Positions 1 through 13,610 are shown, numbered from the stretch's first letter. The stretch: 64,000 nt of DNA from Nymphaea colorata (GCF_008831285.2 NC_045138.2:14384001-14448000); one strand, 5' to 3'. A program made the numbers and translations. Notes: generated by a model not told the origin, from the sequence alone.

Positions 1-2750
1 TTTGAACTTTGTTTTCTTACATAACCTAAATCATCCACCTTTGTCCACAGCAACACATAAACAATATGACTTGGATTCCAAGGTTATTTACTTGCAAAGT
101 CAACTATTTGACGCTGTCATGCTTATAGATAGAGCTACAGAGGAAGGAATGGCCTTCGTGTGGGCATTTGTCCACACAGATCCCCCATAATTTGTTTACT
201 ATGTACTAGTCCCGCTCTACCATTTTTCTATGTATTCAAAGGGTGCAAGATATTTTAAGGACCTAAAGTTGAGTTTACATACTATCGTATTACTGCTCCT
301 TAGCCGAATCCACTTTTGCCGCTCGAATCGAGCCGTGTGCGCGAAGGCAGGCAGAGGAACCGAGACGATTTGGTCAAGATGAGTTTTGGGTCTTGAGTCA
401 GCTTTGATTCATATATATATATCTAATGAGTCCAACAAAAATTCTGGCATAGTATTGTCACATCACTCGAGACACCCAAACAGCACTTTCTTTTCTTTTG
501 AGCAGGCATGTTTGGGTTAGGCAGACCCATCCATGGCACTGGATTTTTTGCCTTCTTCGACTTAAAAAGGATCTTTTAATTTAATTAAGCCCGACCCGCT
601 TTAGCCAGCCGGTGGTCGGACTCTTTTTTTCCGTTCGTCGGAATCCGGTGGGATTAATTAGCTTTTAAATTTTCAATTCCAACAAGATGGTTTCTGATTT
701 TGAGAAACAGAGTCGTTCTACTTGATGTGTATGTTAGCTTCGGCCGGCTGGTGCTGAAATTATGGACAGAAAACTCGGTACTCCTATGAGCTAGCTAGCA
801 TAGGTGAACTGCCCAGCTTGACTACATGAAATACAAAATGTTTGTTCTAAGGTAGGTTTTGTCTGTCTTCACCAACATCTGTTGTGGGAAGATGTGACCC
901 ACAGATTGAGGAAAACCAATAAATTATTCTAAACCGACAACTTTTCTTAATCATGGAGATGGATAAACCGCTGATTTTCCGGCCGATCGCCTGAGGAATT
1001 TCCGGTTTATTGCTTTTCCAGCAACCTTCCTGTAAAATCTTTCGGGATATCTCACCCTGGCCCACGGCTAGGAATGCCAACAGGAAGAAGCTAGCTAGAT
1101 TAATGGTGGTTCTGCAAATTTTGGCTGTTCTAAATCCATCTGCAGCCGACTTTCCGTGTATTTTTGGCTCTTCTCCACTAACATCTGGTTTATGCTTCCA
1201 ATTCTCGAAAATATGGACAAGAAAGAGTGTCAAAAATTCCATGGAGATTTACTGCTCCAATACTCTAGGGTGTAGGAATACCGCTCTAAGGGATGGATCC
1301 CACCAGTTCTGCTTGATTGGTACACACCGCATGGTTGTGCTTCTAAGAGCAAGCTGAGAAAGAATAATGTGGATTCTTTGGAAACAAACGCATGGTGGGT
1401 GGAGATGTAACGGATTAGATAAATCTGAATCTGATAATTGGATCTGCTAGGATGCAGCTAGCTTTTGATAATTGAATTCATACTCAAGACTGATTTCCAT
1501 CTCAGATCTGATCAAGAACGAGCTCAATTATGTATAAACATGTCAGGCTTGATGTCACAAGGTTGGCAAATTTGAACACCTTTGATGGAATATTACTAAG
1601 AATATAAGCATTTCATGTAGGATTGATTAGTCATTTTATATATGTATTTCCTCAAATCCAAGGAGTGATATATATATATATATATATATATATAGTAGAG
1701 TTAATTATATTATCGAACCTTTAGAGGATTGCGACCGATGTTGCACATAAGGCCGATATTTTTTGTTGCATAACTTTGAGTATGTTTTAGCTTATTTACG
1801 TTTTCACTTGGGCCCGCCCGGCGCTTTCCACAGCTAAAGTTCCTCTTCACGTGAACCCGACACAATATTGTAAGCGAGCAAGTTGACGAAAAGGATACGA
1901 TGGCTTATTTACGTGTATTCTTCCAAACACAGTATCAACGATAGCTGTCTGCAACGCATCCACTGTTCGAGTACGCTTGTTCTGAATCGTCGGCGCCATT
2001 AGTTCAACAAGTAAAACTCAGAGAGAGGATTCTACTGAAGTTAATTTTCTTGTGTATAATGGTAACGTTCTTTCTTTCTCTTTAATCCGCAGCAACCACC
2101 ATAATCTCATGAGTTCATTTCCTGCAATATTACTTGAAGAATGTCATCTTTTAATGCTAAGGAATCCCAGGAAATCCATTCACCATCATCGGATGCAGAG
2201 AGAGCGAGAGAGAGATTTGGCTCGCATCAAGAACCAACTCTTTCCAACTTGAGATGTTTATGCATCATGAATCGTCATTAGCAATGAAGGAGAATAAAAC
2301 AACTTACAAATTATTTTAGTTGTATATCACATTAAAGCAATATATATATATATATATATTGCTTTAACCATGCAGCTGGAGTAGTCCATATGAAATGGAT
2401 GGTTGAAAGAAATAAATGAGAAAAAAAGTATGAGCAAATATGACAAAAAAGTATATCATCTTTTTTTTTTTTATTTGTCTCTTAATCGTCAATTATGATA
2501 GATTGAACTGCTATGTATATCATCTATATATCACGTCAATATGCCATAAAGCTCAACTTATCTTTGTCAAACCACTAAATTGACCCAATTGTTGTAGAAT
2601 CAATGACCCTAATTTTGTGTTGGTGTCTTATTATGCTTCGGCTCTGATTCTCCCATTAGACTTATTTTCCTAACGGGCCCGTTCGTGCAAATAAATTGTG
2701 GAAACTAAGTGAAGCGAATGCATTTGATTTTAAAGTGTGAAAATAAACGA

Positions 2751-2756
2751 CATACA

Positions 2757-2813
<57 letters not shown>
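2751..2813. repeat. compound (TACA)n + (TA)n microsatellite
   Basis: A catacataca... run passes directly into a tatatata... run. Confidence 0.95.
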
Positions 2814-2819
<6 letters not shown>

Positions 2820-5114
2820 CAACGAACCTAATTTTCTTTGGAGATCACAGAAAAGTAGTCATGTCCGTAGGCTACACAAGTGGCGCTAAGTTAAATATAT
2901 TATAGCATGATTTGGGGAGGGAATCTTGTGGATTTGAAAGCAAAAGACACCATATCAGATATGCACATGTTGTGGGGTCCGAAGTAGTGGAAGAGTCATG
3001 GTATCGATTCCCTATAAAATCAGTCAGGAGAGAAAAATGTCCTCGTACTTTTATATCTTCTAAATTAGTTCTTTATGGGAGAAAGTAAGGAAATGTCGAT
3101 ATATGTCGCATTACTAATATAAACAGTTAACAAGAATTTATGACTGCTTTTATTGCATTAATATCCCCATATAAAATGTAATTTATGGTTGAAAAAACTT
3201 GATCTTTCCAATGTCATGTTTTACTTCACACTATACAAAAGACGGCACGTTACTTTTGAAATCAGGTTTTCATATAACTGCACCTGTGGCCAAAACCTGT
3301 GTTAAGTCAAATTAATATTAGTTTGTATGGACAGATACGTTGCATGGCGGCTAAATGAATGTATGTTTTTCATCATTTAAGTACATTAATTTTTTTTTTC
3401 AATTCATTTTATTTCAAAAAGAAAAATATGCGACGATACGTATTGGCCAAAACTGATACACAATGAAGCAAACACTTTCCGAGTTTGGTACTTGGATCGG
3501 GTCCAATTCAGAATGGTTCAAATCAGGTACATTACTGGGGAATTAAGTCTTCGGATCTGTTTCACACCAGTATGAACGGATTGATTTTTTTTTTTCCGGA
3601 AAGACATGTATTGGCCCAGACTGTAAATGCATCCGTTCAGGTATCAGGATTTTCGGCATTTCTAACCATATTGGTTTTTATTTGAATTTATATCTCGAAT
3701 GTATTTAGCTGTTTGCTACGTTCAACGCATCGCTGACATATGCATATGAATTCACTCGAATATTGAAGGGTGAAGGAGTGCGACATTGCATCCCAACTGT
3801 TTGGAAACATAGTTTCAAGTTGAAAGGAGTAACCGTAAGTTTACTCAGGTTTTGATGCTGTTTAGAACCCCAAAAGCAGGAAAAAGGAAAACCTTTGACC
3901 TCTCACCCAAGTGATGGGATTCCCTCCCATTCACCCAAAAATTCACAGGCATTATTTTATATAACAGTTTTGAGAAAATGATCATGGTCATCTCACAAGT
4001 CTTGGGTTATCATAAAACATATATACATATATTTATCATAAAACATATATATATATATATATGGAATTTGGTGGATAGCTGGATGGTTAAAAAAAAAAAA
4101 GCTCAAGTCTGTCATTAAAACCGCTATAGAACATTTTTAAAAGCATCACAGATTACCTTTACCAATGTCATTGTGATTAAAGACTTCTGGCAAGTTTTTA
4201 AATTCTTAGCTACCCAGATATCTGGTGGCCGGCTAAGTGTTTCAATTCCCTATGTAAGCGAATTCAATTCTGTTCGATGCTGGCCCGATAGGGTAAAAAA
4301 ATCAAAATTGATCACGAAAAGCACGATAAGCTATTGCTCAATGCACTATAGATTATCGCTGCATTATGAATGTCACTAATGCCTCTGCAGCGACTGTCCC
4401 TTTGACAACAATCTTTTAACTTTTACTCACCTGCAAACCATAATACACACACACACACACTCTTTGCACACAACCATCTTTTGCAGACGTGAAAAAAACA
4501 TTTTAAGCTCCGGTTTTGCAGCTTGTTAATTTCCTTCTCCTTGAATTTCGGTCTGTGTAGTGTGTTCTACTAAGGTTTGTAAAGAATACATTGAACCATT
4601 TGAGTATCAATGCTTCAATTTGTCTTACGTATTGTTGGTTCATTAGGAATAAACCTTGAATCAGTACTGTCTTTCATTACAAATTTTTCCATGAGGAAGG
4701 CCCTGCCATGAACTCTCATGGGAGCAGCGGCAGAACTCTAGTTTGTTGTTTCTTAACTTCATATTTTTCTTAAAGAACGGTTTAAGATCAATATTTACAA
4801 ATCTTAATTCTTGCAAAATTGGCCATCTTGATTATCTCTTGGAAATATAAACTTAACCTTTCAAACCCTGTACATAGTTGTACGTAGCTTTGTAGGTCAC
4901 ATTTCTTTGTTGCTATTGTAATGCATGGGATCTATTCGAACGTAAAACAACATATTTTGAGTATGTGACGCTGCCTTCAATTGATCATGTTACTCCTGGA
5001 GGGAGAAGAATGTAAAGCAGTTTTCTGATTCCATGAATATAAAACTTGCAAAGTATTAGGCCCATATTACGTATAAATCAATTACGATAGTGGTTGGTCT
5101 TAAATGATGTTCTT

Positions 5115-5640
5115 AATTTATAAAAGCACACCCAATATTTGAATGTTTTACAAATGCACACTCCACCTTTGACATATTGCACTTCACCGCCTAATGTGTA
5201 GAAGTAATTCTCGAAGGAGGCCTTTCGCTAACTACGTTTGCTTAACCCAAGTTAAGCCCGATTTAACTAAGTATAGAGAAAGCCGCCCATGAAGGATTTT
5301 ACTCATTCATTTACTGATTCATTTATAAATATTTACGTTAAAGAAGAAGATCAGATATACATCGCAAAGCCTCGTCTGAGGTCTATCATTCTTGCTTGTT
5401 GCTACCGTAACATTATGGCCACAGGTTGGAGATCCATCAGAGAAAGAAATATGAATATAGCAGTAAAAGTAGAAGGAAAGAAATTTAGCGAATGAACTCA
5501 TCTACAAGGGCATTATACTTCACTTTCTCCATCCTTTAACTGTTTGTTCTATTTTTTTTTGCCCTACGGTCAAAGTGTAGAATTTCAGACGTCGGGCAGT
5601 TTTTGTATTGCACCAAACATTGAGCAGTTTCCTATAAATT
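5115..5640. mobile_element. decayed non-autonomous element with long (~75 bp) imperfect terminal inverted repeats, Mutator-like
   Basis: The reverse complement of 5115-5189 (cggtgaagtgcaatatgtcaaaggtgg...tttgtaaaacattcaaatattgggtgtgcttttataaatt) aligns by eye with 5567-5640 (cggtcaaagtgtagaatttcagacgtcgg...tttgtattgcaccaaacattgagcagtttcctataaatt). No clear TSD. Confidence 0.45.
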
Positions 5641-6509
5641 TCCTTTTTTCGACTTAATGATGAATTCAATTTCATTCATTTCATGCTCATATAGCATACT
5701 ACCCCACGATGGTATCTAACTAAAGACCTCGAGTGAAGTCCCCACTTTGCCTTTTTTTTATTTGCTCAAGGTATTGCTTTCTGAAAATTTTGTAGTCAGG
5801 GCACACCTGCAATTAAGATATTTATTATTATTGTTGTTGTTGTTGTTATTGTGGTTGTTGTTTACTTAAGGAAAAGTGTTTTTAGTGTTTTTAGGCATAA
5901 AACTCTCAGTATTATACTCTTATGCTTTTAATGTTTTGGCTTTTTTCAGGTCTAGTTGAAACTTAGGTGCCGCGCTTACCCTACTCACGTCTAAATGAAC
6001 AACACATTGAAGCGTGACAAGAATTACATGATTCAAACTTCGAACCTGCACCCTTGCCGCCCATTTAAAAGAACTTTCAAATACCGGGATGTACGAAGTA
6101 CAAATCATCCCCATTCAAGACGGTTTTTATGTTCTCGAGGTCATCTTCTTCACAGTAAGTGGCAATCTTGTTCTCACTAGAACGAACTTTGGTAACCAGC
6201 GCAGAAAATGAAGATTCTACTTGCAAAATAACAATTGAGTATCATCCTTGTTTATATATTGTTGATTTGAAGAGTCCTCTTCCATCAGAGAGTCTCATAA
6301 TTACCCTGTAAATTTTAAGAAACCATGGCGTCCCCATCTTTTTGAACGCAAAGAAACCCCTTACATCAGGAAAGTTAGACGGGCATGCACCTGTGATGAC
6401 TTGAAATTATTTATACTTCCTTCATACTTACAGCATAAAGCTCTCACCACGCAGAAAGCGGCGCGGCCTATGATGGTCGATGAGAAGCCGATATTTTGCA
6501 TACAAATTA

Positions 6510-7124
6510 CTATATGGCCGCCCATTTGGTCTTCCTTGCGTTGTCAGAAAACAACTGTTCCACCTTCAACCCAAAATCGCCACCCCACCGGTTGCCGCTG
6601 CCATCGTCCTCCGCCCCTCTTCCTGAAACAGCGAGAATCTTCAGCAACTGCCGCAGGTTACTGGTGAGCTCCCTGAACGAAGAACTTCTTGTCTTCTCGC
6701 ACTCCCCCCCGAACACCCACCTCGCCATCACTTCCGGCGGGACTCGCGGTCTCGCCGGCGCCTTGTCGACCACTGGAATCGCGGCAGACAGTTCCACTGC
6801 ATTGGAGAGACGGTTGGCTAGGAGGACTTGGTTGTCGTTTGGAAACCGGATGGTGACCGGGCTGGAGCTTGCAGTGATGTCGTCTCTTTTTCTGCCCACC
6901 GCGTCGAGATTTATCTCGAAGAGTTCATCATCGTCCTCCATTTGTTGATTCTCCTCAGTAAACTCCTGCTCGGTACTGCTGGACTCCTCCTTGGTGGAAG
7001 TAGAAGACTCTGATGAGGTCAGTACTCCATCGAAGTAGCTTCTGAGTTTCCTAAGTGAATCAATAACGAGATTCAAGAGGAAGGGGAAACAAGAGTGTCT
7101 CCACAGGAACAAAGCAGTACCCAT
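6510..7124 (-). CDS. intronless uncharacterised plant protein, 204 aa (Ser/Glu-rich linker, DDDELFEINL and LLAN...SAAIPV motifs)
   Basis: ATG-to-TAG ORF in a GC-elevated island. A (TA)n TATA-like tract at ~7264-7294 and an (AG)n tract lie upstream. The DELFEI(N/D)L motif resembles motifs I recall from plant proteins of unknown function. Confidence 0.75.
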   Translation of the reverse strand: MGTALFLWRHSCFPFLLNLVIDSLRKLRSYFDGVLTSSESSTSTKEESSSTEQEFTEENQQMEDDDELFEINLDAVGRKRDDITASSSPVTIRFPNDNQVLLANRLSNAVELSAAIPVVDKAPARPRVPPEVMARWVFGGECEKTRSSSFRELTSNLRQLLKILAVSGRGAEDDGSGNRWGGDFGLKVEQLFSDNARKTKWAAI

Positions 7125-7262
7125 ATTTAAATTTCTTTTTTTTCTTCTCCTTCTCTACTTCAGGGTGTTAGCTCCTCGCTTTAATACGCGAGAGAGACAG
7201 AGAGAGTTGTTGCTCGTTGTTGTGGAACCGGTAAGATGGTTTGACCTGATTAGCAACTAGTG

Positions 7263-7299
<37 letters not shown>

Positions 7300-8716
7300 G
7301 AGAGCGCGCTTATCGACCTTCACCTACTTTAAGACGATGCATGAAGTGGGCAAGTCAATTCGCGTGAGGAGGTGGGTAGAGAGGCTACCCCCTCCCACCA
7401 TTTTGACTGATGCCATTTAAGAACCGAAAGAGAAAAATGGGGAACCAAGATTTTCTATTTTAGGTCTTACGTTTCTGTCACAATTTGGAAAGAAGGTTCA
7501 TATTCATTATTGTATTGGGACAGTAGGTTGATATTCTTTATTTTATTGAGACAGTATGATTTCAGCTGACAACTGCTTCTCCTTCTCCTTCTTCACGGCA
7601 TCTAATCCACTTGAATGACAATTTAACATGTTATAGTGCCCACTAGAGTTGCGCTACTAAGCTAGAATTAGAAGTTTGGATGTAAGATTGTTCAAGTGTA
7701 GAAGAAAGGTAGTAAGCTTAATAATATTCGAGAACTAGCAAGCATCAGCTTATCGTAGGCCTTCTAAGCGCCATACTTAGTTAGGATAGTATTTGTTACG
7801 CATGAGATGTGACGACCCAACAACATCATAGAAATACAAAAAAAGAATTACCCACTTCCTACTGTCCGGCCTAAACCTTGGGGTAGTCTCTGCAAGATCA
7901 ACAACCATAGCCGCACTTGTATTTATTTTAACTCAATTTGCTTGTATGCATTGGATAAGCTTCATTCTTAAATCATAAGATTCGACGTGCGCCTGCAGTC
8001 CAGTTCTGTATCTGGCCATGTGTACTTACAAACTCCAGAATGACATGGTTTGACCATGCACCCACGAATGAACGTGCACAAGAATGAAACGGGCACTCTA
8101 CCACACTCTCCCTCTCTCTGTCCCCTTAAGTAAAACGGGTACTGTGATTGACGACGCCCACCTGCTCGCCGAAGGCCTCAGGACTGGACGTTCAACGAAT
8201 CACAATATTCAAAGCGCTCCACTGCGGAAAATCAATACCGTGGTAACTCCCATTCACACAAGAATACCAATAAGTCGCACCTCTATCATACGGAGACAAG
8301 ACCCATTTTGTTCTTGCGGTCTTTCCCTTTTCGACGTGAGAGAACGGGAACACGATTAGAAACAACAAGATTAAACAACTCGAAGAAAGATGAGAGGGAG
8401 AATGAGGCCTGTGGGGGTGATTACGCGGCACACTATCCCAGGTTCCGGTCACCAAAGATGGATGTACAAGATATCCTGAGGATGGATTAAGGATTGAAGA
8501 TTAATGGAACAAGAAAAGATTATGCCAGAAGCCATTATGACGTAACGATGCTGACCCGTCAAGAATTGCAGAAAGTTTGTAAGACTTAATTGGTAAATGT
8601 GGCTAAACTAGAGAGAACTTTAATTCTGAACCACGTGTGAATATCTGAAGTCATGAGATTCAAGCAGCAATGTATCAAACATCAAGATGATGGCATCAAG
8701 AACTTGTTACAGGCCC

Positions 8717-9020
8717 TACGGCACATGGGTGCCGGTATGGGTGTGGTTGGATGCAGACACTGGAGTAAAGCATTTTAAAAAACTTGAGTCCAAGACTTGG
8801 CCATCTGTGCGTATATACATATATATAGCAACAACAAGATTTCAAGCAAACAAATGCAGATTCATTGTTTGTACTCATAAAATATAGATTACTAAATTAA
8901 AAAATGCCAAAACATACAAAGAATACAAAACATGGGTTTGCAGTGTCCCGTACCCACAGCGGTGTCAATCTGAGCACGGTACATAAAACCCCAGTATAGC
9001 AAGTGTGAACACCATTGACT
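8717..9020. repeat. probable decayed MITE-like dispersed repeat
   Basis: GC-richer ends (gggtgccggtatgggtgtgg...gacactg and cagtgtcccgtaccc) are loosely complementary around an AT-rich core. TIR and TSD not resolved. Confidence 0.35.
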
Positions 9021-12000
9021 ACATGTAAATCTATCATCTAGCAAGAAGCCAAACCACCACACGTAAATGCAGCAACTTTTGAATTCAAAGCGAAAGAACA
9101 GAATAGTGATCCTAAAAAGATGTACCAACCGCCACATAAGGACCTAGCACTTGCTTCAACTGGCGCCAACCCATGAAAGAAGCCCTAAGTTGCAGCCGGA
9201 ATAACAAGCTTAGTGAAGATCAGGAATAAACATTCTAGAACGTGAAGTACTTTATAAATATGGATGAAAATCAGGCTCTAAATGTGATGATAGAAACCAA
9301 CACAACCTTCTGCCACATCTGGACTAGAGATAGCTACTAGAGTTCCTGCAGATGAGACAGATGTTCTAGAAAAACATATAGAAAGTTGTATAATTATGCA
9401 TAAAGCATGAATAAATCACATCATCATATTCAAATGAAAAACTAATTAGTAAGATCCTTTGCATGACGATTGACATGAAACAAGTTTTATTTCTGACTAT
9501 TTTCTTTCCATTTTTTGCAAAGAAGCATGCGAAATTCTTTTCTTCTGTAAGCTAAGTAACAAAAAATCACCGGTACCGCAAAAGCGCACAACAAAGATAA
9601 AATGATGGACGTGAGAAATTGGCTCTCCACTAGCCCACTTAAGATATGGAGGTGTAATAAGTCCAGTCCAATCAAAGAAACAAGAATATGAGGGTTAAAC
9701 ACGGAAGTGATCTGCTATTCCAATTAACTAAATATGCCATCAGGTAGTCATGATCCAACAATTTTTGCAGTTCTTCAGGCCTGAGTGGCCAAGAAAAGGC
9801 TGGTTAACGCAAGGCATACAATCTGAAACTATGCAGATTAGGAAGGTTAGCTCAACCAGTCCTTAGACAGACACACCCCAACCACCACCTGCCCCCCTCC
9901 CCCTCCCTTCCCACCACCACCCCACCCTAACCGCACCCCCCCCCCCCACAACCCCAAACAACCAAAACCAGGGTTCAAAGTTGCTTCCAGACCTGGTGGC
10001 GATTGCAGATCCTAAGTGGAGGAGTCGCCTCTTCAAGAGAACAAATAAACACTAGCTAGCCACTGGATAAATGTAGGCACCATTTTCTTGTAATAGGTTC
10101 ATTGGTACCCATGTCCATTGTCCAGTCTTCCTACAGATAGCAGCCAACTGGTCCTACGTGAAGGCCACAAGGCATAAATTTTTTCACAAACAAGGACCAA
10201 TATGTGGATCAAGACTAAACAGTGGATAGAAAGATGGTGAAGGCATGGTATGGGATCTCAAAATAATATTTAGCTGAAAAGAAATGATTGTCCTCAATCT
10301 TGGCCTAACAGAAGTTTGATGTTTGCTACGTGCACCATAATTATCTTACCCAGGCGTTGCCTTCATACAGTTCTTTCCTCATGATTTGCTCGCAATGCAT
10401 CCATACAGTTTATGATAATCTACCTTAAACTAGTCACCTTGTTCTGAAGCAGCAGAGTAGAGAAGAAAAGCAAAACCTATGGCATGATTGAATTAAGAAC
10501 AGGTCAGCAGAAGCTGATCCAATTACCAAGCGAACCAGTCACTCGGAACCTCCCAATATGAATATAAACAGTTTAATTTCTTGGCCTTCATAAGGCCAAA
10601 GTCAATCACATGCCAACATGCACTAAGGTGCAAAAAAAGATGGCCGGACTAGGAAAACTTGCATGATGCGTCCATTCAAATTAAACATGTTTCTCCTTCA
10701 TTTGGAAATGAATGTGAGTTTAGTGGACATCCATTTCTGCAGTTAGTATGATGTGTCACACAGACACGGGAAACAGAAATTTGCATGAAGTTTCCAATCT
10801 AATTTCTACACAAAAGAGTTGTGAACCGGAATCAAAATCACGTAATTTTATGTGGAAAAAGATGTCAAAGAACATCTTTAAGAAGACAACAAATTAGTGG
10901 ATGAGATCCTTTTGCGGTCAGTAGTTAAGACTTGTTAGTTCTTAAGTGGTTAGGAGTTGGTACTAATAATATATTGAAAAGACTAGGAGGCTAAACTACA
11001 GATAATCGGTTGAATATATCTTGTTCTCAGGGATCATGTACCACCAATAAACTATTTTCTTTAATTGGATAAGTGGACTAAATATGACGATTGAGAAAAA
11101 TGTGTTGTTTATAGACCAATTGAAATGACCATAGAATTTTGCTTTTCAATTCTGCTAATCCTTGATAATATAACGATGCACAACAGATAAAGTAGCGGAA
11201 AGCACAGGTCAAATAGTCAGTGAGAGTTCTGTGATTGTTGTATACACCCAGCAGAAAGGAAGTTCAGCAGCAAGCGCACTTCTACCGTGAGGCATACAAA
11301 TAAAGCAATATAAGCTGTATCTGTTCATGAAGACATTGGAATTACATGAATCGCCCAAAAATAATATAATTCCTCGACCTTTGGCTGTTTGGCATGTGAT
11401 TCATCATCTATTCTTAGGTGAATATACGAGTCCCCTGCATTTACAAAGACCAATTCTTTAACTTGTGACTCTGCTTAGTTTAACCAACCTTGGTGCTGAA
11501 ATTGTTTGGGGAGTATCTGCATATACCTCTAAAACAAGAGGAGCAAATCCAGGAGCTGATTGAGAACTTAACCTACCTAAGCGTCAACTGTGACCACGAT
11601 TACTCAATATTACTAGCTTTTATCAGTGTCGATAAAAAAACCTTATACAGAAGCATGCGACAGATGCTAGGGAGGCATAGTAAGAAATCTCATGCACCAA
11701 GAAGTAAGAACCACAAGTTTTTTAAAATGTATGACAATAGCAAGATGGAGAATGAGCAACAGTCATCAAATTTGTCAGCAACCAAGAAATTTTATCACGT
11801 AATATTGGACCATTTAAAGCATAACAGCCTCAACATGATGAAATCCTCCTATCGAGATCTATACTGTGTCCAATAATTTATCAGAGTGGAACTGAAAGAA
11901 GATAACAAAAATATACGAGGTGTAGTTAATAAATTAACAGCATAGTTCCCTTGGAGCAAAACAGATAAATGCAATAGTCAAATTTTTCAAACCAAAAAGA

Positions 12001-12845
12001 TAACCAAATCGTGTATGGGAGATGAACAAGGAAAGCACGAAACATAGATTCTTCTTTGGATCTCTTCACATTCTGGACAAATGGTGGTTACTGGTAGCAT
12101 ATTATGTTTCAAGTAGATACATGGCTACAAGTCATTTAACTGACTCTAGCTGAAAGTTCAGCTAAAAGGGTCTATTTGGTGCACTATGAAAAATTTGCAC
12201 AGACGCAACCATATGTAGAATGCTTGCAATACATAATTGCCCTGGACAAAGGTACGGTAGTTTGACCCAAACAAAACATAAGTAAACCCTAGCAATTTCG
12301 TAGAAAACCTCCAAAATTAACAAAAGGTTGCAACATCATAAAAAAATGTGGAAATCAAAATGCTCCATGTCCTTCAATTGAACAAAATCCAGTCCCATTC
12401 AAAGCTTACATAATACAAGAATTGAAAGCATGTCAACTAAAAAAGACTCACATGTTAAGATCAAATCAAAAAAAATTGTGCATTTCCAAAAATTTAAAAA
12501 GAAGCACGAGATAAGTGAGCAATGAAATAGCAAGTCAGATCTTCTCGTAATTGTCTATCACGACCACCACTTCCATTTTCAAGTCATATTTAGACTTAGC
12601 AACACTAAGGAAATAAAAATGTACACCTCAAAAGACATACAGAGGAACCAGACAACTCCACAAACATGCCAAATAGAGCCATGATTGTTTAGATTTACAC
12701 TAGGAAAAAATGTGTTCAGAAATTCAATAGGGAGACAGAAAATTACAGATACCATGTAAGAGACTTCAATAATTCCACATCTCAAAACTGTTAAGGAGAA
12801 ACCATCCTCCAAGTTGCCCATTTCCTCTTCGCAAGCTCCAAGCAA

Positions 12846-13610
12846 TCAGAAAATGACCAACAGAGAGAAAAGCAGAAAGACCAAAAAACATGCATAACCC
12901 ACCAACCCCCGATGCTCATCTCCATAAGAAGCCAACTCCACCAGGAGAACCGTACAAACTCTTGTTGACCAGATGACGAACACCGCAGCCATAACGTAAA
13001 TGGCAACTCCCCTCTGTGGGACGAACAAAGAAAGGGCCGAGAACATGACCATGGGAAACATACAGTAACCCACCAAACTCAAACAACGATAGAGATCCAA
13101 AGTGCCATTTCGTCCAGCCAACATATTGAAGACTACATATATGAACAACGCGGCGACGGTAACCCATCCAAGAATTATACCGAAATGCAACTTGCCGGCA
13201 AGCAATTGGAACAGCCCGAAAGCCATGAGGAAGATGAAGGGGCCGGACAAATCAGCGTCCTCGTGCAGATTCGGATTCACTCGGAAAGGATTGAGGATCG
13301 ACAAGGACTTCTTCCAGATCAGGCGAGTGTTGATCCCCAGCTCCTCGAGGAGCGGAAGCTCGTCCTCGAACGAACCCCCAATCCCGTACCCGCCAAAGAT
13401 CGGCGGCGAGAAAGCAGTGGAAGAGGTCGAGGCAGAAGTCGCTCCGATGTCGAACTTCATGAACTGGAGGTTAGGGTTGGGGTTCGTTTGAGGCGTTGGA
13501 ATCACCGGCTGGAACGGAGGCGCCTTCGTGGGCAGCCGACGTTGCTGGGACCCGGCGGTGCTGCCAGTCGGGAACACCACAGGAGGGATATTGAATTCCT
13601 TGGACGACAT
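12846..13610 (-). CDS. Yip1-domain protein (YIPF5/Yip1p-like), ER-Golgi trafficking membrane protein, 254 aa, intronless CDS
   Basis: Contains the Yip1 signatures FEDELPLLEELGIN, DADLSGP and LSLVGYCMFPM, followed by several hydrophobic helices. N-terminus is Pro-rich. Confidence 0.95.
   Translation of the reverse strand: MSSKEFNIPPVVFPTGSTAGSQQRRLPTKAPPFQPVIPTPQTNPNPNLQFMKFDIGATSASTSSTAFSPPIFGGYGIGGSFEDELPLLEELGINTRLIWKKSLSILNPFRVNPNLHEDADLSGPFIFLMAFGLFQLLAGKLHFGIILGWVTVAALFIYVVFNMLAGRNGTLDLYRCLSLVGYCMFPMVMFSALSLFVPQRGVAIYVMAAVFVIWSTRVCTVLLVELASYGDEHRGLVGYACFLVFLLFSLLVIF

Noticed and set aside
847..1357. Overlapping 131-aa (-) and 115-aa (+) ORFs
   Set aside because: No recognisable motif or gene context. 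Cannot be supported as coding without a homology search.
1826..1836. TTCCACAGCT resembling the 5' half of miR396
   Set aside because: Only about 10 nt match and there is no precursor hairpin. I found no full conserved miRNA or tasiARF sequence by eye anywhere in the window.
6030..6060. GGTTCGAA-like T-loop motif on the minus strand
   Set aside because: No cloverleaf stems or A-box, so not a tRNA.
11490..11876. 128-aa + strand ORF
   Set aside because: TTG start, AT-rich, no motif, and antisense to intron-like sequence.
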